A stretch of DNA of 64,000 nt, taken from assembly GCA_040954595.2 (NCBI GenBank), contig CM082578.2:14538304-14602303 (forward strand), read 5' to 3'. Below the pieces are notes generated by a model. The model was not told where the DNA came from. It was given only the letters and a program-made list of their open reading frames with translations, and did no database searches. Below, piece by piece: positions 54,441 through 64,000 of this stretch. The stretch comes from Balanoglossus misakiensis. Lineage: Eukaryota > Animalia > Hemichordata. The translations under genes and the position numbers were made by a program. Numbering within the stretch: the first letter of the stretch is position 1; every line of letters starts with the position of its first letter.

Positions 54441-57400
54441 ATGAAGTCAGTCATGACACATCTCCAAAGACGTCGCAAATCTTTCCCAGTCGCTCTGTTG
54501 TGTTTCGCCCTGCTTTGCGTTTCTACCGCCAGCCGCAATGAAGTCAATCTTGTAGACAACGTTTACACGGATGTGTGGGTGGCAATCAGCAAAAACGTCT
54601 CTGAAGATGCAAACTTGGTTGACAAGATCAAGGTAGGACAGCGTTATTCCCACTCTTTGGGCTCGTGTAACAAAGTCAACGTTTTTCGCTTTTAGGAATA
54701 ATCAAAGACGGGTGTAGTTTTTCCTTCAGAAGTTGTACACACTAATTTATTCACGTAAATTCTTTTGCGGGTATTCAATCCCAAAATCCAGAAGCCTTGT
54801 TAGCGATGATGGAGTTTATTCATCCTCGAGTTCCATGGATAAAATCTCGCGGGGCTTTAAATTTACAAAATTGGACTATTTTTGTTTGCTACGCTCTGAT
54901 CAATGTTTTTTTGCACAGGACTTGTTTACAAACGCGTCCCAATCACTCTACGAAGCCACTGAACACAGAGCCGTATTTGGCACGATCACAATTGTTTTAC
55001 CTGTAACCTGGGGTGACAGTATCGCGTCAGAGAGGGCCACAACTCAAACGTTTGAATCTGCTAATGTCATAATCGATGTCGCAAATCCGTCGGAGGGCGA
55101 TAACCCTTACACCAAACAACCTTATGAATGTGGAGACAAGGGCGAATATATACACTTAACACCAACTTGGATCACAGACAGAGATTATTCGGTGAAGATG
55201 TGGGGTGATTCAGGTAGGGACGGTCTTCATTCATTTGTACTTTGAAGACAAAGGAAAGAGAACTGTCGATGTTGAATCGGAAGAATAGAAACAAAAGCAA
55301 GCAAGGTTCCAATTTATTGCTAATAATACCTAGCATTATAATCATGAATGATGGCCAGCAAAGAAAATCCGAGACACTGCTCTCAAATTCAAGTCAAGAA
55401 ATTGAAAACATTAAAGAATCACATAAGTCTCATTTAAGAAGTTTTGTAGTGTATATGAAATACGCGTGATAAAACGTATTGGCAGAATTAGTCATTGTTT
55501 GGCCTCTTTATGATCAGCAAACCGTTGATTTTTTCTACAGGTAAGGTATTGGTACACGAATGGGCCCATCTACAATGGGGTTTGTTTAATGAATACCCAA
55601 GCAAAGGCGAACCTCATTTTTATGAATCGAAAAAAGGTGAGATACTTCAGGTAAAATGCTCGGAACATATAACTGGTCAAGAACTTGATGACGGTGGTCA
55701 ACCTTGCGAACCTGACATTTCATCCGATGCTTGTAAATTCTACCCGGACGATTCTAACACAGCTACCGGTTCATACATGTGCGCACAATATTTAGAATCT
55801 GTAAGTATACACTTAAAAATGATACAAAATCGCACTGCAATCTGACTATCTCGTTTATAACGTAAACCAAGGTTTGTGATAGGAGACTTTATAAATTTGT
55901 CTATCGTGGCAAGTTATATTTGTTTGTTACTTTATACCATTGTATAAGTGGTATTCAAGACCGTGAGAATCAAATGTCTTTAATGTATTTGTCAAGAATT
56001 CTCGGTATTAACTATAATGTAAATACAACACAGTGATTGTACAAACACTTGGCAGTGGCCATTAGAACATGCTGGCAATTTTTAAGCTAGAAAATGAATT
56101 GTGAGACATTTCATTTTCTATCCCTGTTCTCTCAAAAGGTGGTCAGTTTTTGTCACGGCGATAGAACAGATTCTGAAAGAGAGTCGTCGTTACATGACGC
56201 TGTGGTAGAAAACGAACATAATTTGATGTGTAAAAGTGACAGTGCCTGGACAGTCATGGATAAAACTCCTGATTTCAAGAATGTTAACGATCCCAGAGAA
56301 AACTTGCCAACGACTCCCACCTTTAATGTTGTGAAGGAAGAACAATATCGAAGCGTGATAGTCATGGACCAATCCGGAAGCATGGACAGCGTAAATATCA
56401 AATTGATTTGGTTTTCTTTTCACTAGTACCGATGACCTATTGAGCATTAGATCACCAAATCTCTGTGGAATTGGGACATTTCGGTGTGCGTTAGATTCCA
56501 ATGTTGACACAGGCAACCTACATTTTCCAAAACCATGCTTATGTACACTTCGTCGACCTGAAAACATCCTCTGATTTTCTGATGTGAACTAATATGTAGT
56601 TTAATGAGTTAGATTTTTCCGTTGCAGTATTATCGTTCAGACCAACAACTTCAGGCTGCGACTAAGTACATCAACTACACTCTTCCCGACTACAGCTGGG
56701 TTGGTATTGTAAAGTTTGAAACGGATGCAACCATTCTTGCTGAGTTGACCCAACTGGTCGATCAGGAAGCTCGGCAAGATTTGATTGACAAGTTACCCAA
56801 CACCCCATATGGATCGACTTGCATAGGATGTGGTTTACTTTCTGGTATTGAAGTAAGAACAGACATTTTTACATACAAGTATTTCTCGTTTATGCGCCTT
56901 TTAACTTCTCTCGAAGTTAAAAGGCGCACATGCAACCAGTCAGCTGGAGTTCATCAAGTAATCATGTTATTTGCAGGTCCTTGAAAGTAGCACTGCATTC
57001 GATAGCGCTGCAGGGGGCATTATTTTCCTCACAACAGACGGGGGTGAGAACGTTGCTCCTTACATCAGAGACGTGGAAGAAGAACTGATTAACAAGAGCA
57101 TTATTGTTGACACGTTGGCATTGAGTGATGCAGCCGACGAACAACTTCAGGAATTGTCTGAGAACACGGGTGGCAAAGCATGCTGGTACTCCGGAAGTGA
57201 CGAATCCACACAGCTACACGACTGTTTCACAGTGTCGGTCACAGAAAGAACAAGTTCAAACCCGGATACGCCTATTCAGGTATACGTATAGACCTACATG
57301 TTGTGAGTGCCGACATGTTTTGTTTAGTGTGTGTTATTGCTGTTGATGTGTAGCGTTTCTGAAGTTTGTCGTTGATTGGTTAACAATATGATTGACGTAA

Positions 57401-59647
57401 GCCCCGCCTAACAATGCAGATATTCTTTAGGGTTGGGGTTTATAGTGTTTTTAGTGTCAGTAGTTACATAGTGAATTTTGCATCGCAAGCATATGTGTAA
57501 CACCAATTTTCTTATCCTGTCAACAGCTTGTAAGTTATAAGACAACCATCGGCGCAGGCGGAAATGAGACAGGGACAGTTACAATAGACTCCAGCATTGG
57601 TCGAGATACCCACTTTTTCTTCTTCTGGGATTTCGGTAGCAGCAGCGAAGTTGACGTCTTCATCACGCAACCTGACGGGACAATGATAACAGAAGGAGAT
57701 TCTCAATATTACAGCGATTATGCTCTTCGCACTATTGTCATTGTAATTGATGGTACTGCTGAGGTAGATATGTTAACTTTAATACACAGCTCATATAAAC
57801 CCACTCATTTACTTTGAGTTTTGCCCAGTCAAGTATGACGAATAATGCCATGATGATAACGAAACCGTATTGCTTGGTCACCGAATCTGGAAATCCATTT
57901 TGTTTTAGGCTGGAATTTGGCAATACGTCGTGGCGAACCCGAGCTATAGTCAATCGGTTGAAATATCTGTCGATTCTAAAGCGTCATCTGCCAATCCCAT
58001 CACAGTAACGGCAAAACCGAGTTCGTCGTCCGTCACAGAGTCCCCGCCATGGATCGCAATCTTTGCAGAAGTTGCCCAAGGATACAGTCCTGTGTTGAAC
58101 GCTCATGTCATCGCTACTGTTGAAAGACCAAGCCCTCATGAGAATGTCGATGTACAGTTGTTTGACACCGGAACAGGTGACCCAGGCGAATTCCTTTTTA
58201 TTACCTAGGCCTACTCATTATTTTGGTATTGCTCACTGAAAGTTAGTTTGACATTCCATGAAAAAAAATTCAATGAAACTGGCTCTCAAAAGTGATTATT
58301 GTATGGACAGGCCCTACCTGGGTACATGTGTGCGTGAGAGAGAGACAGAGAGAAGAGACGGACATAGAGTGTGTACACGTTCATAAAAGGATTAACCTGT
58401 TATTTCATTATTGTATGATTTTCCAGGCGCTGATGCAACGAAAGACGACGGAGTATACGCGGGATACTTTCTGGACTTTGTCGATGCCGGCTGTTCGCCA
58501 TGTCGTTACAGTATACAAGTTACCGCCAACGATGGAGACGGCGCTGCAGTGATAAATACTGTTGGAAACTCTCGGGCTATGCCGAGGAATTATTGTAAGT
58601 ATGAAACTGCGTGTATTACCCTATAGCGGCTGTATAATGATGTACCAGTAAGCCAACATGTATTTTTCTCACACTGTTGTACCATAGACAGTAGAGTCTG
58701 TGGTTATACGGATTTATTAAACTTGCTTGTACGCCAGCTGACAATAGATCGAAAGACAACCAATCGTGGTTATCGACCTTTACCACTACTCAGTTTGTCG
58801 ACACCATCGATACTCTCATGGTTCAACAACAAATATTGACTCGTACTTGTACGTCCCTATACTATAGGAATTAAGCTTGACATTGAGTTCGACCAAAGAC
58901 AGGGTTGGACCGATCGATAGGCAGAGAGGGCGTGCGCAATATTCATTAGACCATATACCAGGAAGTCACCAATGATTTGCACTTGCTTTCGGATGCAATA
59001 TCGTCTAAGATTTTCTTTGTATTTTTGCATGGGCATTCACCCAGCCGTGATTCCAGAACCAGAAGAAAGCAGCTCCACGGATAGTTTTGACCGAGTAGCC
59101 TCAGCTGGTTCTGTTCAGGTCGATGATAGCGTCGAGTATGTTGACTGGACTGACCCCAATGATGACCCCTTTCCACCATCACGCATCAGTGACCTACTGG
59201 TAGTGGAGACGTCCTTTGTGGATTACACCGTCATTCTCCAATGGACGGCGATGGGAGATGACTTAGACGTCGGCACAGGTAAAGTTGTCTTATGAATAAC
59301 GCAGCTATTATTCTGATATACCGCGCTCAAGAACAGGCATCGGGAAATATGGAATTACATGTTCTTTCTGTTCATGTTTGAAATAAATGTGGAAACTGTC
59401 ATTGGGGAGTTAACATATTATATTGTAAATATATATACAAAAAACAACAAGAGAAGAACCGCGAAAAAGTCAATGCAAGATTAGTTCATACAACAAGTTT
59501 CCCAAAATATATAAGACCTGGTGTACTGAACATTTAATCTTGAAGAATATACACTAACATTTTCCGTTTTATTTACTTTCCTTCTTTCCGTCTTTCCACA
59601 TGGCTGTCTTGTCTATCACTGTGTCTTTGTCTCGTCTGTCGATGCTT

Positions 59648-59701
<54 letters not shown>

Positions 59702-60214
59702 CAACCAACAGCATCAAGTTATGACCTTCGTTATGACACAGATTTCGACCGAATCCTGAATGGTTTCGACAACTGCACACAATTAACCGACGAAAGCTTG
59801 ACGGAAGGTACTCTAACCGATCCCCTGGAAAGCGGTCAACAGGAAAGTGTAACCGTACAGTTGCCTTCTCTCTCCCAGATGATTGTCCACTATTTCTCCA
59901 TTCGAGCGGTAGACAAAGCAAACAATACCGGAGAGCCTTCCAACATTGCCCGGTCGACCGTAACCCAGGCTATTACACCACTCAACACTACAACGCAAGC
60001 TACGACGCTCCAGCCTGTAGCGTACCCCGGTCTACAGTGGTGGGAAATAACGCTCATCGTCATCATGGTCCTTGTATCAGCAACTTTATTGGGAGCCGTC
60101 GTGGCGCTTCTCGTCTACTATAACAAAGCTAAAAAACCGAACAAAGTGAACACTGTTGATGCTGCTACGTCGGTTGACAAAAATGATATGGTATTGACCG
60201 AAGTTGACTGTTGA
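54441..60214 (+). CDS. CLCA: CLCA-like protein, copy C (more divergent); 11 exons
   Basis: Start at ATG 54441 or 54453. Approximate exons end 54631, then 54919-55213, 55541-55800, 56139-56390, 56628-56852, 56977-57279, 57526-57763, 57909-58176, 58427-58594, 59045-59278 and 59712-60214. HEWAHLQWGLFNEY, MIDAS DQSGS, TCIGCGL, FPPSRISDL and a TM segment. AATAAA at ~60378. Confidence 0.93.
59651..59697. repeat. (CT)n microsatellite forming the polypyrimidine tract of the last CLCA-C exon
   Basis: About 23 CT units, ending ~14 nt before the acceptor CAACAG. Confidence 0.9.
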
Positions 60215-60437
60215 TTGAGAAGTATCAATTCTGCACTAATATTGAAGGCAATTTACAATTTTTCATAAACCTCAACAGAGATGTGTTCTATCACAATTGT
60301 AAATTCGTAAAATGTGTGTACTAATAGACAACAACGGTGAAATTACGTACCAATGTAAATGACTTTTCAGTCCAAATAATAAAAAAATCATTAAGTATCG
60401 CATACATTGTATGTACATATATTAATTCAAGTACGGT

Positions 60438-63400
60438 AGCTATAACCCATGATTTTTGAGATTTCGCAAAATTTCGTCGATTTTTGAAAAAAATCATGGG
60501 TTATAGCTCATGAAAATCTTCAGAAAATGACAATTTTTCGACTTTGCTAAATTTCAAAATTTCGTCGATTTTTGAAAAAAATCATGGGTTATAGCTCATG
60601 AAAATCTTCAAAAAATGACAATTTTTCGACTTTTCTAAATTTCAAAATTTCGTCGATTTTTGAAAAAATCATGGGTTATAGCTCATGAAAATCATCAGAA
60701 AATGACAATTTTTCGACTTTGCGAAATTTCAAAATTTCGTCGATTTTTGAAAAAATCATGGGTTATAGCTCATGAAAATCATCAAAAAATGACAATTTTT
60801 CGACTTTGCGAAATCTCAAAATTTCGTCGATTTTTGAAAAAATCATGGGTTATAGCTCATGAAAATCGTCAGAAATCGCCGATTTTTCGACTTTTCCAAA
60901 CTTCGAAATTTGGCCGATTTTTGAAGAAATCATGGGTTATAGCTCATGAAAATCGTCAGAAATCGCCGATTTTTCGACTTTTCCAAACTTCGAAATTTGG
61001 CCGATTTTTGAAGAAATCATGGGTTATAGCTCATGAAAATCGTCAGAAATCGCCGATTTTTCGACTTTTCCAAACTTCGAAATTTGGCCGATTTTTGAAG
61101 AAATCATGGGTTATAGCTCATGAAAATCGTCAGAAATCGCCGATTTTTCGACTTTTCCAAACTTCGAAATTTGGCCGATTTTTGAAGAAATCATGGGTTA
61201 TAGCTCATGAAAATCGTCAGAAATCGCCGATTTTTCGACTTTTCCAAACTTCGAAATTTGGCCGATTTTTGAAGAAATCATGGGTTATAGCTCATGAAAA
61301 TCGTCAGAAATCGCCGATTTTTCGACTTTTCCAAACTTCGAAATTTGGCCGATTTTTGAAGAAATCATGGGTTATAGCTCATGAAAATCGTCAGAAATCG
61401 CCGATTTTTCGACTTTTCCAAACTTCGAAATTTGGCCGATTTTTGAAGAAATCATGGGTTATAGCTCATGAAAATCGTCAGAAATCGCCGATTTTTCGAC
61501 TTTTCCAAACTTCGAAATTTGGCCGATTTTTGAAGAAATCATGGGTTATAGCTCATGAAAATCGTCAGAAATCGCCGATTTTTCGACTTTTCCAAACTTC
61601 GAAATTTGGCCGATTTTTGAAGAAATCATGGGTTATAGCTCATGAAAATCGTCAGAAATCGCCGATTTTTCGACTTTTCCAAACTTCGAAATTTGGCCGA
61701 TTTTTGAAGAAATCATGGGTTATAGCTCATGAAAATCGTCAGAAATCGCCGATTTTTCGACTTTTCCAAACTTCGAAATTTGGCCGATTTTTGAAGAAAT
61801 CATGGGTTATAGCTCATGAAAATCGTCAGAAATCGCCGATTTTTCGACTTTTCCAAACTTCGAAATTTGGCCGATTTTTGAAGAAATCATGGGTTATAGC
61901 TCATGAAAATCGTCAGAAATCGCCGATTTTTCGACTTTTCCAAACTTCGAAATTTGGCCGATTTTTGAAGAAATCATGGGTTATAGCTCATGAAAATCGT
62001 CAGAAATCGCCGAATTTTCGACTTTTCCAAACTTCGAAATTTGGCCGATTTTTGAAGAAATCATGGGTTATAGCTCATGAAAATCGTCAGAAATCGCCGA
62101 TTTTTCGACTTTTCCAAACTTCGAAATTTGGCCGATTTTTGAAGAAATCATGGGTTATAGCTCATGAAAATCGTCAGAAATCGCCGATTTTTCGACTTTT
62201 CCAAACTTCGAAATTTGGCCGATTTTTGAAGAAATCATGGGTTATAGCTCATGAAAATCGTCAGAAATCGCCGATTTTTCGACTTTTCCAAACTTCGAAA
62301 TTTGGCCGATTTTTGAAGAAATCATGGGTTATAGCTCATGAAAATCGTCAGAAATCGCCGATTTTTCGACTTTTCCAAACTTCGAAATTTGGCCGATTTT
62401 TGAAGAAATCATGGGTTATAGCTCATGAAAATCGTCAGAAATCGCCGATTTTTCGACTTTTCCAAACTTCGAAATTTGGCCGATTTTTGAAGAAATCATG
62501 GGTTATAGCTCATGAAAATCGTCAGAAATCGCCGATTTTTCGACTTTTCCAAACTTCGAAATTTGGCCGATTTTTGAAGAAATCATGGGTTATAGCTCAT
62601 GAAAATCGTCAGAAATCGCCGATTTTTCGACTTTTCCAAACTTCGAAATTTGGCCGATTTTTGAAGAAATCATGGGTTATAGCTCATGAAAATCGTCAGA
62701 AATCGCCGATTTTTCGACTTTTCCAAACTTCGAAATTTGGCCGATTTTTGAAGAAATCATGGGTTATAGCTCATGAAAATCGTCAGAAATCGCCGATTTT
62801 TCGACTTTTCCAAACTTCGAAATTTGGCCGATTTTTGAAGAAATCATGGGTTATAGCTCATGAAAATCGTCAGAAATCGCCGATTTTTCGACTTTTCCAA
62901 ACTTCGAAATTTGGCCGATTTTTGAAGAAATCATGGGTTATAGCTCATGAAAATCGTCAGAAATCGCCGATTTTTCGACTTTTCCAAACTTCGAAATTTG
63001 GCCGATTTTTGAAGAAATCATGGGTTATAGCTCATGAAAATCGTCAGAAATCGCCGATTTTTCGACTTTTCCAAACTTCGAAATTTGGCCGATTTTTGAA
63101 GAAATCATGGGTTATAGCTCATGAAAATCGTCAGAAATCGCCGATTTTTCGACTTTTCCAAACTTCGAAATTTGGCCGATTTTTGAAGAAATCATGGGTT
63201 ATAGCTCATGAAAATCGTCAGAAATCGCCGATTTTTCGACTTTTCCAAACTTCGAAATTTGGCCGATTTTTGAAGAAATCATGGGTTATAGCTCATGAAA
63301 ATCGTCAGAAATCGCCGATTTTTCGACTTTTCCAAACTTCGAAATTTGGCCGATTTTTGAAGAAATCATGGGTTATAGCTCATGAAAATCGTCAGAAATC

Positions 63401-64000
63401 GCCGATTTTTCGACTTTTCCAAACTTCGAAATTTGGCCGATTTTTGAAGAAATCATGGGTTATAGCTCATGAAAATCGTCAGAAATCGCCGATTTTTCGA
63501 CTTTTCCAAACTTCGAAATTTGGCCGATTTTTGAAGAAATCATGGGTTATAGCTCATGAAAATCGTCAGAAATCGCCGATTTTTCGACTTTTCCAAACTT
63601 CGAAATTTGGCCGATTTTTGAAGAAATCATGGGTTATAGCTCATGAAAATCGTCAGAAATCGCCGATTTTTCGACTTTTCCAAACTTCGAAATTTGGCCG
63701 ATTTTTGAAGAAATCATGGGTTATAGCTCCTGAAAATCGTCAGAAATCGCCGATTTTTCGACTTTTCCAAACTTCGAAATTTGGCCGATTTTTGAAGAAA
63801 TCATGGGTTATAGCTCATGAAAATCGTCAGAAATCGCCGATTTTTCGACTTTTCCAAACTTCGAAATTTGGCCGATTTTTGAAGAAATCATGGGTTATAG
63901 CTCATGAAAATCGTCAGAAATCGCCGATTTTTCGACTTTTCCAAACTTCGAAATTTGGCCGATTTTTGAAGAAATCATGGGTTATAGCTCATGAAAATCG
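60438..64000. repeat. 87-bp satellite DNA array running off the window end
   Basis: Unit aatcatgggttatagctcatgaaaatcgtcagaaatcgccgatttttcgacttttccaaacttcgaaatttggccgatttttgaaga, with starts at 60841, 60928 and 61015 (period 87). About 36 near-identical copies are preceded by ~4 variant monomers (60492-60840) and an inverted partial copy. Confidence 0.98.

Noticed and set aside
60901-60917. CENP-B box-like TTCG motif in the satellite
   Set aside because: Lacks the required A and CGGG positions of TTCGnnnnAnnCGGG.
60843-64000. One + frame of the 87-bp (29-codon) monomer is stop-free (SWVIAHENRQKSPIFRLFQTSKFGRFLKK)n for over 3 kb
   Set aside because: The frame has no ATG, and one open frame in six is unsurprising for a 29-codon unit. 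There is no splice or codon evidence.

Overview
Eukaryotic, intron-rich animal genomic DNA (GT-AG introns, microsatellites, mosaic CpG depletion). It is probably a marine invertebrate, possibly a deuterostome; this is inferred, not verified. Left part: ALDH5A1/SSADH (-) head-to-head with GTF3C6 (+), an uncharacterised 231-aa helical protein gene with RFX X-box-like motifs (+), and a divergent TMEM43 (-). Next comes about 11 kb of CpG-rich non-coding DNA, then a single-coding-exon 779-aa low-complexity ORF carrying a CtBP-binding PLDLS motif. Three tandem 11-exon CLCA-like zinc-metalloprotease/vWA membrane protein genes follow (+). Copies A and B show patchy near-identity consistent with gene conversion, and copy C has a D-to-N change next to HExxH. 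Between CLCA-A and CLCA-B lies a ~5 kb non-coding modular locus with a promoter-like start, repeated exon-like units, six copies of a palindromic hairpin and 89-bp tandem arrays. The window ends in an extremely homogeneous 87-bp satellite that starts with a perfect 20-bp inverted repeat, suggesting a transposon/MITE origin. All exon boundaries were read by eye.
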